Shown here: positions 1 to 11,372 of the stretch, piece after piece
Numbering within the stretch: the first letter of the stretch is position 1
Layout of the letters: every line of letters begins with the position of its first letter
Assembly: GCA_037441385.1 (NCBI GenBank)
Contig: JBBISH010000154.1
Location: 1 to 13,327 of the forward strand
Direction of reading: 5' to 3'
DNA from: Myxococcales bacterium
Lineage (GTDB): Bacteria > Myxococcota_A > UBA9042
DNA length: 13,327 nt
Translations under genes and position numbers: made by a program
Notes under the pieces: model-generated
What the model was told of the DNA's origin: nothing
Database searches by the model: none
What the model saw: the letters and a program-made list of their open reading frames with translations, nothing else

Positions 1-425
1 GAAGTGTCCAGCTACTGGCTCAGGCCGCGCAACGCCAAAGTGTGCCGTTAGCGCTGGTCCGTCCTCGCGGTGGAGCATTGATAGAGCTATGATTTATTGT
101 GGGTTTGTTGGTTCTAGATCCGGTGGGCCGCGGTGAGCGAAGCGAGCGAGTGGCGCCAGTGGCGCCGGGAGAGCGGGGTGCCGCGTAGCGGCGGGGTGAG
201 GGCCCATGCGGTCAACGTCACAACAATACGGACTATTCGTGTTACTGTCGCTAACCGGTAACGCGGGCAGTAATTCGCCCCTTCTGGCCGCGTCTCTAGC
301 CCCAAGTGGGGCGCGGGCAATCGCCTGCGGCGCCTCGCGGTGGCGAGTTCGAAGATCCGGACGCGCGGAGAAAGTCCATCTTGATGGGCTCTCTGGGCCA
401 GAGTCCAATTGAATCGGCTCGAAAG

Positions 426-447
426 TCCGGGGCGGTCTCCGGGGCGG
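426..447. repeat. Tandem 10-bp direct repeat TCCGGGGCGG (426-435, 438-447), candidate integrase arm-type binding sites
   Basis: Exact 10-bp repeat with a 2-nt spacer, followed by an AT-rich tract (457-490) and TGGCGGA (491-497). The repeat is seen directly; the function is inferred. Confidence 0.45.
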
Positions 448-727
448 AGTCGGTGGTTTGTCTTAATTCCATTCAGTTACAACCAGATCTTGGCGGACCA
501 TCCGGGGGAAGTCTGGCGGGGCCCGTCTCCGCTGTCGCCGCGGGGCCAACGGCAGCGCGACCGGGCAAGGCAATCTTCACAGCATCGCCACGGCCCCGTT
601 TGAACCGCGGTGACACAGCGCCTGGCGGGGATGGCCTGCCGCAAGAACGTACACATTTCCACACATTACGATGCAGCGGGTTGCTCGCTGTCGCGGCCAA
701 ACCGGCCACGGCCAGGCACTCTACCCT

Positions 728-756
728 TTGACGGCGTGTAGCCCCTGGGCGATGCT
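728..756 (+). promoter_or_regulatory. Putative sigma70 promoter of the hybrid kinase
   Basis: TTGACG (728-733), 17-nt spacer, GATGCT (751-756), about 57 nt upstream of ATG 814. Confidence 0.4.
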
Positions 757-813
757 GTGCCGCAACGGCGCCCGACGCAGTGGACGGACCCGGGTGCACG
801 GACGAGGTTGGCG

Positions 814-3225
<2,412 letters not shown>

Positions 3226-3295
3226 GCCCCTTGCCGCGCCGACGCCTGGCTACGACTCGCCACGCTTGCCAACCAAGACCGTACGTATCCTGCGA

Positions 3296-3476
3296 ACCCC
3301 GGTACGGGCCTGAGGATTTGTGATTGGTGGTCTAGACGGAACCGGTATCATACCAGTTCCGTCCGTCTCGGATCGAAAACACGGGCAATCTTTCGGGCCC
3401 GAACCGGGGTCCCCGCCTGATTCTCGCCAGTTGCAGAACGGGTCAGAAAAGCCGTACAGGCGCGAATCAGGTGGGG
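3296..3476. other. Structured intergenic element: two abutting long imperfect hairpins (candidate ncRNA or non-autonomous mobile element)
   Basis: 3296-3318 pairs with 3387-3410, with an apical stem GACGGAAC (3335-3342)/GTTCCGTC (3356-3363). 3411-3428 pairs with 3459-3476. No U-tracts. Confidence 0.6.
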
Positions 3477-3482
3477 TGCGTA

Positions 3483-5150
3483 TCAGGTCAAGGCCACATA
3501 GGCCCCGGGCTTGGCCCCTGGTGGCAAGCTGCCCGCGACCAACATGTTGTAGGTCAAGGCGACGACATTGGATTTTGCTCGGGGCGCGACCATTCGCTCG
3601 GCCATCGCAAACACGTACACCGCCACGGCGCGCTGCGGATCCACCAGCGCCACGCCACCACCCTGCCCCGCATCCTGCACCTGCACCCACTGGTAGCCCA
3701 GGGCGCGATGCAGTTGCTCGCCCAGCACGCAACCCACGGCCATCGGGATCTGTTTCTTCTTGTCTGGCTTGACCTTGCCCTGCTGCACCTGATCGAGCCA
3801 ACCGTGCAGGGCAGCCACCACCATCGCGGGCGTGGCGCTGGCGTCCAGACAAAGCAAGTCCAGACCGCGGCCGGTGAATTCGCCGATATCGGCCCGCACC
3901 GCCTGCTCCAGCGGCGCGTGCCCCGGCCGGGCCGCCGTGGGCGTGCTGTCTTCCGCAAAGCGCGGCAGGACCGGCGGGAGGCTGGCCGGATCGGCGATCT
4001 TGGGTGGGGTGACTGCGGCCCGCGGTGCAAGATCTGCGGCAACGTCGAGTAGCGGCTCGCCCGCCGCCCGCCACGCCGCCCATTTGGCTGCCACCTTCAT
4101 ATCTTGCGCGTACGAACCGGCGATGGCCGGATGGTTGGCGCCCTGCTCGGTCACCGCGTGCGGCCCCACGTCGACGTAGCGCGCGTAGGCCAGCGCCGCC
4201 AGTGGGTGCTGGGCCGCGGCCAGGCGAGTGTCGTCGCGCGGCCCGTGATCAAGCTGATTGGCATACAGAAACGCGTAGTGCGGGTGGCGCAGCGCGGTGG
4301 CGGCGGTATCGTCGTTCGCGTCGCGGTCCACTACTGCGGCCAGGTAGTGCGAGTAGTGCGGACAGGCGAGTACGGCGTCTCGATCGCCCGCTACGCCCGC
4401 CCCGGCATAAAGCCGGAAATACGCCGACGCCGCCGCTGCACTCACCGCGGCCGGTGCCGTCTCGGGCATCGGAATCGCGTTGGGATACGGGTAGAAACCG
4501 TACATGCCCAGGTGCAGCTGGTAGCCGTTGCGCAAGTCCATGTGGGCACCCTTGGTGTCGCGCCGGTACGGAGCCGGGTGCGGCGCCAGGCCCTGCTTGG
4601 TGGCCGCGGCCAGGTCCAGCGCCAGGTCTTCGCGCGCCACCACCACGTCGGGATGTTCGCCCAAGCGGAAGAGGGCCGCCCGCGGCTCTCGGCCCGGGCC
4701 CCAGGTTAGCTCCTGGACGCGGACACAGCGCGATCCGTGGGGATTCGCTGGGTTTTCGTACTCCGCCGTGGCCGCGTCGCGATCCAGTGGCAGCCGCTGC
4801 TTGGGGTTGACCCACACAAAGTCGCCGTCCAGCGGCCCAACTTCGTCGCAGAGCAGGATCGGCACCAGATCCACGTCGTCTGCGGCCCGGTACTTCGCCA
4901 GCAGCGGCTCGATCAAGGCGCGGCGCAGCGCAAGCTCTGACCGCCCCAAAAGCAGCACCAGCACCCCGGCGCGGACAGCCGTCCCCTGCCGCATCTTCTT
5001 GCCGCCTTTTGGGGTCCAATCGCGGGCTTGCAGACAGCGCGGGGCAGGCACGCGGTGCAGGTCCAACTGGCCTGGGCCGGCGGCCGTGTCCAGGGTAATG
5101 CCAGCGACCAGCGGCACGGCCGACCTTTGCTGCAAGGGTACGAACTGCAT
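3483..5150 (-). CDS. Multidomain hypothetical protein: Imm11/DUF1629-like N-terminus, ~26-aa tandem repeats, DUF3806-like C-terminus
   Basis: Long ORF with GC-rich third positions. ATG 5150 has AGGGG upstream and lies 31 nt after the amylase stop. The domain resemblances come from motif memory only. Confidence 0.8.
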   Translation of the reverse strand: MQFVPLQQRSAVPLVAGITLDTAAGPGQLDLHRVPAPRCLQARDWTPKGGKKMRQGTAVRAGVLVLLLGRSELALRRALIEPLLAKYRAADDVDLVPILLCDEVGPLDGDFVWVNPKQRLPLDRDAATAEYENPANPHGSRCVRVQELTWGPGREPRAALFRLGEHPDVVVAREDLALDLAAATKQGLAPHPAPYRRDTKGAHMDLRNGYQLHLGMYGFYPYPNAIPMPETAPAAVSAAAASAYFRLYAGAGVAGDRDAVLACPHYSHYLAAVVDRDANDDTAATALRHPHYAFLYANQLDHGPRDDTRLAAAQHPLAALAYARYVDVGPHAVTEQGANHPAIAGSYAQDMKVAAKWAAWRAAGEPLLDVAADLAPRAAVTPPKIADPASLPPVLPRFAEDSTPTAARPGHAPLEQAVRADIGEFTGRGLDLLCLDASATPAMVVAALHGWLDQVQQGKVKPDKKKQIPMAVGCVLGEQLHRALGYQWVQVQDAGQGGGVALVDPQRAVAVYVFAMAERMVAPRAKSNVVALTYNMLVAGSLPPGAKPGAYVALT

Positions 5151-5181
5151 GGAACCCCTACGAAACAACTGGCCGGGCCAG

Positions 5182-7236
5182 CTACTTCACCTTCTCCAGC
5201 CGCAGCCATTGGAACCGCTCGGCCAGGGTCAAGTGGCTGTACACGCCAAACTCACGAATATGCTTGCCGGTCCGGCCGCCGGGATAGTGACTGGCCCACA
5301 CGTCTTGGCCGCTCAGCGCATCGACGAGCTTGTAGGTCGCGCCGTCTTGCAGACAGATCTTGCTCGCCAGGTCGGGCGGCACGGCATAGGTGGCCTCCAC
5401 GTCGGTCACCCACAGCGAGAAGAACGTAAAGAGCGTATTGCTGCAGTCGGGCATGTACTTGACCATCGCGAACAATTGGTCCTTCACGGTGCCCTGGTCG
5501 GTGCGCAGGAAGTAGTATTTCCCCTTGCGCAACGCCACGTTTTCTGGAGCCGAGCGCGCCTTGTGGATCTTCTTGTACAAGTCGGTGAGCGCGTCGCCCT
5601 GCGGCTGCCAGTTGGCCTCGGACGGGAATCGCCCGCGGAGGTAGTCGCTTTTGCGGAAGCCCAGGTCCCACGGCTCGCCCCACTCTTGCCCGCCCAGCAG
5701 CATCAGCGTGCCGCGCGAGGCCGCGGCCAGGGCGTAGAACGTCGCGCCGCGCCAGATGTCAAAGCCGGTGGTGTCCTTGAGCAGGCGACCTTCGTCGTGA
5801 TTCTCTAGGTTCAGCAGCACGTAGCTCAGGTCTTTCAAGAAAGCGGTGCGATTGTCGAAAAGCAGCGTCTCGATGTAGCTCGTGTCGCGCTTGCCGTGCG
5901 TGATATCGTGGTGATAACCCTCTGTCAGTACATCAAAAACGCGGTTGAGCGACTCGATATCGTGAAAGCTCTCGGACAAGAACACCGGCACGGCGCCGCC
6001 GCGCTTGGCTTGGTAGAACTTGGCTTTGCGGAAGATGTAGCGCCACTCGTTCTCGGTCAGGCCGTTGGCGTGGTCCAGGCGGAAGCCGTCGACGCCCATC
6101 GCCAGGTAGTAGTTGACCACGCGGAAGGCGAACTCACGGGTGCGGATGAACTCCCACTGCTTGGCCAGGTTGTACTCGTTGTTGTACAAGAACTTCACGT
6201 CTTTCCAGTTGTTGGTGAAGTTGTCGCCCAGCTTCTTGGAAGGGTTGGTCGCGTCGGCGCCCAGGTAGAAGCCCGGCAACTGCCACTCTAGGCTGGCCGG
6301 GTTCTTGCACGACATCTGCTGGCGCTCCCAGTCGAAGCCCTCGCGCCACATCAGCCAACGCCGCACGGTTTCTTGATTTTTTGGCGCGCTGCCACAAAGC
6401 GTCTTGATCTGGGTGTAGCCGCTGGCCGGCACCTCGCTGGGGGTGTCGACGATCTCGGGCTTCAGCAGCGCCGCGTCGTAAGTAGCGGTAAAGTCCCACA
6501 GGTTCTTGTTGGCGGCCAACAGTTCGCGCACGGGCTTGGCGCTGGCGTAGTCGTAGAACTGGTACTCGTGGCCCAGGTGATTGAAAGCCAGATCCAGCAT
6601 GATTTTCATGCCCTTGCCATGAGCTGCCGCGATGACCTTCTTCAGCTCGGCGTCGCCGTAGCACGGCGTGCTGCTCCACTCGTCGGTGCCCGTCTTGACG
6701 CAGCGCGCCGCCAAGCTGCCGCGGGTGTGGTAGTAGTCGCGCACTGCATAGGGCGAGCCCAGGTCGTCGCAAGCGTCGGGCAGATCATACTGAAAGTTAT
6801 GCGGAAACAGCGGCATCAGCCACACCGCATTGGCACCGACCACGTCCTGAATGTACTGCAGCGTGATGCCGGCGGTGCGGCTGGGCTTGGCGCTGCTGAC
6901 CAACAGGTCGTCCAGGGTGCCCTTCGAGATGCTCTGCAATTGCGACAGGCTGCTGCAGCCCGGTCCGTAGTAGGTAAAATTCGGTTTGGTTTTGGCCGAG
7001 CAGGCGGCGCCGCCGCTGGCAGGCAGGCAGGCGTTGGCCGATCGCACCTGCAGTTCGTACAAGATCCAGTCGCCGGCCGCCGTGTTCAGCGGCTCGACCT
7101 GACCGTTGTACTTCTGGTAGGTCGGCTCGGTCAGATCCGCGGTCGACTCGCCGACGGCCGTGTCCGTGCACGCCGCAACCGGCCCAAGCAGACCTGCGGT
7201 GAGCACTCCAGCCATCCACCACCGGAAGGAGCCCAT
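5182..7236 (-). CDS. GH13 alpha-amylase-family glycoside hydrolase, predicted lipoprotein
   Basis: GH13 conserved regions: WLMPLF, GSPYAVRDYY, DLAFNH (I), GVDGFRLDHA (II, nucleophile D), FLSESF (III, acid/base E), LENHDE (IV). Signal peptide ends in lipobox VAAC. ATG 7236 has GAGG upstream. Confidence 0.92.
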   Translation of the reverse strand: MGSFRWWMAGVLTAGLLGPVAACTDTAVGESTADLTEPTYQKYNGQVEPLNTAAGDWILYELQVRSANACLPASGGAACSAKTKPNFTYYGPGCSSLSQLQSISKGTLDDLLVSSAKPSRTAGITLQYIQDVVGANAVWLMPLFPHNFQYDLPDACDDLGSPYAVRDYYHTRGSLAARCVKTGTDEWSSTPCYGDAELKKVIAAAHGKGMKIMLDLAFNHLGHEYQFYDYASAKPVRELLAANKNLWDFTATYDAALLKPEIVDTPSEVPASGYTQIKTLCGSAPKNQETVRRWLMWREGFDWERQQMSCKNPASLEWQLPGFYLGADATNPSKKLGDNFTNNWKDVKFLYNNEYNLAKQWEFIRTREFAFRVVNYYLAMGVDGFRLDHANGLTENEWRYIFRKAKFYQAKRGGAVPVFLSESFHDIESLNRVFDVLTEGYHHDITHGKRDTSYIETLLFDNRTAFLKDLSYVLLNLENHDEGRLLKDTTGFDIWRGATFYALAAASRGTLMLLGGQEWGEPWDLGFRKSDYLRGRFPSEANWQPQGDALTDLYKKIHKARSAPENVALRKGKYYFLRTDQGTVKDQLFAMVKYMPDCSNTLFTFFSLWVTDVEATYAVPPDLASKICLQDGATYKLVDALSGQDVWASHYPGGRTGKHIREFGVYSHLTLAERFQWLRLEKVK

Positions 7237-7283
7237 GAGCGACCTCGCGTGCGGGCGCAAAAAGGTGCGCCACAGCGGGCAGT

Positions 7284-7292
7284 AGCATAGCA
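7284..7292 (-). promoter_or_regulatory. Possible extended -10 element for the GH13 gene
   Basis: Minus strand reads TG-C-TATGCT, about 48 nt upstream of ATG 7236. No clear -35. Confidence 0.3.
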
Positions 7293-7509
7293 CCAGCGCG
7301 CGCGGGCGGTGCAGTGCAAGTCGCAGGGCACCCGCACCTGGCCGCAGGGCTTGTCACCGCATTGTCAGCAGGTGGCCGTCGCCGCCCCGGCCCAAACCCG
7401 GCAATCGCGTGCAGCCGCAGACCGTTGTATAGTAGCGGGGGCGCGCGCGGCGGCAGCGGCAAGTGGCGAGCGCCCGTCCAAGACGAACGCCGAGTCGGGA
7501 GCCCCAGCC

Positions 7510-8391
<882 letters not shown>

Positions 8392-8448
8392 CCGGTGCCC
8401 CAATTCCGACTGAAACGGCAACCTGCCAGCAAGCATCAAGGACACACG

Positions 8449-10620
8449 ATGAAACATTGGATGTGGGCAGCGGTTTTGGCCACGGCGATCGGCTGCGGCA
8501 GCACCGACCAGAGCGCCGCGACCAGCAAGGCCGACACGGCCGACAGCAAGGGCAGCAGCGACACGGCGACTTTGGGCGATGCCAGCGACGCCGCGGACAC
8601 CGCCGGCACGCCGACGCCGACCGGGGTCTGGGCCAGCGCCGCGACCTGCGAAAGCCATAGTTGCGGCGTGACGAGCCTGGGCTGGGTCGCCTGTTGGGGT
8701 GGCAACGCCGACGGTCAGCTGGGCGACGGCACCACGCAACCCCGCACCAAGGCAGCATTTGTTGGCGGGATGGACAAGATCGCCAGCGTGCGCACCTCGC
8801 CCGGCAACACCTGTGCCCTGGGCGTAGACGGCGGCCTGTGGTGCTGGGGCCACGCCATGGCCACGTTGGGCGTAGAGAATCCGGCGCAACCGGTGGCGCT
8901 CTTGCCGCCCAAGCCCGTGCAAAACGTGGCAATGTCCAAGTACACGGCGTGCGCGCTTTTTGACGACGGCAGCGCAGCCTGCACCTTCCAGTCGTTTGTG
9001 GGCGGCATCAAGTGGTTGACGCTAGAGGGGGTCAAGGGCGCCAAGGCCATCGGGCTGGGCGACGATCTGTTCTGGCTGAACAAGGACGGCAAGCTGCAAG
9101 TGGGTGGCTTGGACAACACGGCGGCGCCGCAACAGGTGAGCTCGCAACCCCTGGTGGATGTTCGGGTGGCCGGCGCACAGGTGGTGGGCCTGGACGCCAA
9201 AGGCCAAGTGTGGGTGCTGGGCGAGCACGGCCTGACGCCGCCGCCCGCCGGTTGCGACGCGGCCAAGTGCGACAAGCTGACCGCGCTGCCGGGAGCGACA
9301 GAAGTCGTTGCAGTGTCGCCCAGTTGCGGGATGCGCGCCGACGGAAGTCTGGTCTGCTGGCGCTACCTGCCGCAGTCGTGGCAGGGCAACAACGCCGCCC
9401 GGGTCGCCAGCGCCGCGGCCGTGGTGGGGCTGACGGGCACCACCCAAGTCGACAGCGGGCCAAGCACCTTTGCAGCCGTCAACACTGCGGGCGAACTGCG
9501 ATTTTGGGGCCATCACAGCGGCGTCAGCCCGGCAAGCCAGTGGCAACCAGGCGCGGTCGGCGGCGTGACGGGCGCCGGCGCTTTGATAGGCGGCAGCGGC
9601 GGTTACTGCGCCGTGGACGGCAGCGGCAAGCCCTGGTGCTGGGGCCAGCGCCCGGCCGACTCGGCCAGCTTGCCGGCCTTTGTCGATGTCGCCTCGGCGT
9701 ACCTGGGCCTGCCCGGCGCGACCAAGCTGGGCTACCACACCGCGGCGATGTGTGGCGTGGGAAGCGACGGTAAGGTGGTCTGCCAAGGCGGCGCCGCCCC
9801 CGCCGACGCCGGCCTGAAGATCCCCGATCGCGACTGCCAGCAAAAACCGTGCAGCGTCCCCGAAGCGGGCGACGGCATTACTGATATTCGCGCCGCCGCC
9901 ACGGGGGGCAGCCGCTGGTGTGCGGTGGATGCAGGCGGCACCCTGCGCTGTTGGGGCGACCCGGCCGGCCACGTCGCCGATCTGGGCACGGGCAGCACCG
10001 CCACCGACAGCGTGTGGCCACCGGTCGCCAATTCGGCGCTGCCGCCTGTCCAGACCACGTGCTTTACCGGCGGGTTCGGCTGCGCGTTGACGACCACCGG
10101 CCAGGTATGGTGCTGGGGCGAGCGCGCCAACTGGGGCGCCAAGGACAACGCGCCCAGCCAGGTGGCGGGGGTGAGCGGCGCGGTCGAGCTGCGCTGCCAC
10201 CTGAACGCCGCCTGCGTGGTCACGAGTGCCGGCGCGGTGCAGTGCTGGGGCGCCCACATGGGCAAGTCCGACGTGGAGCCATGGCCCGTGACCAGCATCG
10301 CCGGACTGCCGCCGGTCGTGACGCTGGCGATGGGCGGCGCGGCCGACGGCGAGCGCTATTGCGCCGTGGCCAAAGGGGGCCAGGTGTGGTGCTGGGGCCA
10401 GGGCGAGAACGGCCAACTCGGGATGGGCACCAAGGTTTTGGTCGCCAAAGTTCCGCAGGCCGTGCCGGGCTTGAGCAGCGCCGTCGCCCTGGCCGGGGGC
10501 GCGCAGACCCTGTGCGCCGCGCTGGCGAGCGGCCAGGTGCAGTGCTGGGGCACGCAGTTGCAGGGCGAGCTGGGCAACAGTGGCCCCGTGGCGACCAAAC
10601 CCGAAGTCGTCCCGCTGTAG
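8449..10620 (+). CDS. RCC1/BLIP-II-like repeat lipoprotein
   Basis: Signal peptide MKHWMWAAVLATAIGC (lipobox), a D/T/A/S-rich linker, then many C-A-x-x-x-x-G-x-V-x-C-W-G repeats, including CWGGNADGQLGDG and CWGQGENGQLGMG. AAGGA RBS before ATG 8449. Confidence 0.92.
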   Translation: MKHWMWAAVLATAIGCGSTDQSAATSKADTADSKGSSDTATLGDASDAADTAGTPTPTGVWASAATCESHSCGVTSLGWVACWGGNADGQLGDGTTQPRTKAAFVGGMDKIASVRTSPGNTCALGVDGGLWCWGHAMATLGVENPAQPVALLPPKPVQNVAMSKYTACALFDDGSAACTFQSFVGGIKWLTLEGVKGAKAIGLGDDLFWLNKDGKLQVGGLDNTAAPQQVSSQPLVDVRVAGAQVVGLDAKGQVWVLGEHGLTPPPAGCDAAKCDKLTALPGATEVVAVSPSCGMRADGSLVCWRYLPQSWQGNNAARVASAAAVVGLTGTTQVDSGPSTFAAVNTAGELRFWGHHSGVSPASQWQPGAVGGVTGAGALIGGSGGYCAVDGSGKPWCWGQRPADSASLPAFVDVASAYLGLPGATKLGYHTAAMCGVGSDGKVVCQGGAAPADAGLKIPDRDCQQKPCSVPEAGDGITDIRAAATGGSRWCAVDAGGTLRCWGDPAGHVADLGTGSTATDSVWPPVANSALPPVQTTCFTGGFGCALTTTGQVWCWGERANWGAKDNAPSQVAGVSGAVELRCHLNAACVVTSAGAVQCWGAHMGKSDVEPWPVTSIAGLPPVVTLAMGGAADGERYCAVAKGGQVWCWGQGENGQLGMGTKVLVAKVPQAVPGLSSAVALAGGAQTLCAALASGQVQCWGTQLQGELGNSGPVATKPEVVPL

Positions 10621-10659
10621 TGCGGTCGCCGCAGCCCGTTCCGCCGCGGCTGGTGGCCC

Positions 10660-10688
10660 TTGACGACCTGCGGCGGCGTGTCCATCCT
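10660..10688 (+). promoter_or_regulatory. Putative sigma70 promoter of the methyltransferase
   Basis: TTGACG (10660-10665), 17-nt spacer, CATCCT (10683-10688), about 40 nt before ATG 10728. Confidence 0.4.
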
Positions 10689-10727
10689 CTGCGCCGCAAA
10701 GGCCGGCCGGCGCCGGTGGGACCTACC

Positions 10728-11366
10728 ATGAGCAACAAGCCCGCAGACACCGTTCAAGCCCAGTTCTGGCGCGGGGAATTCGGCGATACCTATGCTGGTC
10801 GCAACGCCGCCACCCACGAGCAACTGCGGGCGCGCGTGGCGATGTGGGCCAAGATCCTGGACGCCCTCGCGGGCAGTCCGCCGGCCAGCATCTTGGAAGT
10901 GGGCTCGAACATCGGCAACAACCTGCGGGCCTTGCGCACGCTGACCGGCGCCGAGTTGTACGCCCTGGAGCCCAACGAGCATGCCCGCGAGACCCTGGTC
11001 CGCGACCAAGTGGTGCCCGCCGACCACGTGCTAGAGGGCCTTGCCACCCACATCGCCCTGCCCGATGGCGCCGTGGAGCTGGCCTTTACCAGCGGCGTGC
11101 TGATCCACATCCACCCGGACGATCTGCTGGCCTCGTGCCGGGAAATCCACCGGGTGGCCAAGCGCTACATCGTGTGCGTCGAGTACTTCTCGGACAAGGC
11201 CGAAGTCATTCCCTACCGCGGCCACATGGACCGGCTGTTCAAGCGCGATTTTGGCGGCTTCTGGCTGGACCATTTTGCCGACCTGCAGGTGGTCGACTAC
11301 GGCTTCTTGTGGAAGCGCCTGACCGGTCTGGACAATCTGACCTGGTGGGTGTTCGAGAAGCGCTGA
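10728..11366 (+). CDS. Class I SAM methyltransferase, pseudaminic acid biosynthesis-associated methylase family
   Basis: FWRGEFGDTYAGRN N-terminal signature, SILEVGSNIGNNL (SAM motif I), FTSGVLIHIHPD, EYF..IPYRGH..LFKRDFG and DNLTWWVFEK. Real start is ATG 10728, inside the 9918 ORF. Confidence 0.9.
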   Translation: MSNKPADTVQAQFWRGEFGDTYAGRNAATHEQLRARVAMWAKILDALAGSPPASILEVGSNIGNNLRALRTLTGAELYALEPNEHARETLVRDQVVPADHVLEGLATHIALPDGAVELAFTSGVLIHIHPDDLLASCREIHRVAKRYIVCVEYFSDKAEVIPYRGHMDRLFKRDFGGFWLDHFADLQVVDYGFLWKRLTGLDNLTWWVFEKR

Positions 11367-11372
11367 TCCCGG

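Noticed and set aside
44..275. Integron attC site (GTTAGCG at 47-53, CGCTAAC at 249-255)
   Set aside because: The boxes are in the wrong order for an attC (RYYYAAC must precede GTTRRRY), and there are no L boxes and no cassette ORF.
491..580. tRNA on the minus strand ending TCCGCCA
   Set aside because: No TTCRA T-loop, no acceptor-stem partner and no cloverleaf. Only 7 nt match.
3296..3476. 6S RNA, SRP RNA or rho-independent terminator as the identity of the structured element
   Set aside because: Best pairing gives two hairpins rather than one 6S-like rod. The SRP CAGG..GGAA..AGCAG motif is absent, and there is no U-tract on either strand.
8620..10620. Recurring TGCTGGGGC motifs as a CRISPR or DNA repeat array
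   Set aside because: They encode the CWG motif of RCC1 repeats. Spacing is irregular and the repeats are too short.
10625..10677. Terminator after the RCC1 gene (GTCGCCGCAG/CTGCGGCGGC)
   Set aside because: The loop is long (33 nt), there is no U-tract, and such GC stems arise easily by chance at this GC content.
9918..10727. N-terminal extension of the methyltransferase ORF
   Set aside because: It overlaps the RCC1 gene in another frame and is R/G/P-rich. Family similarity starts at ATG 10728.
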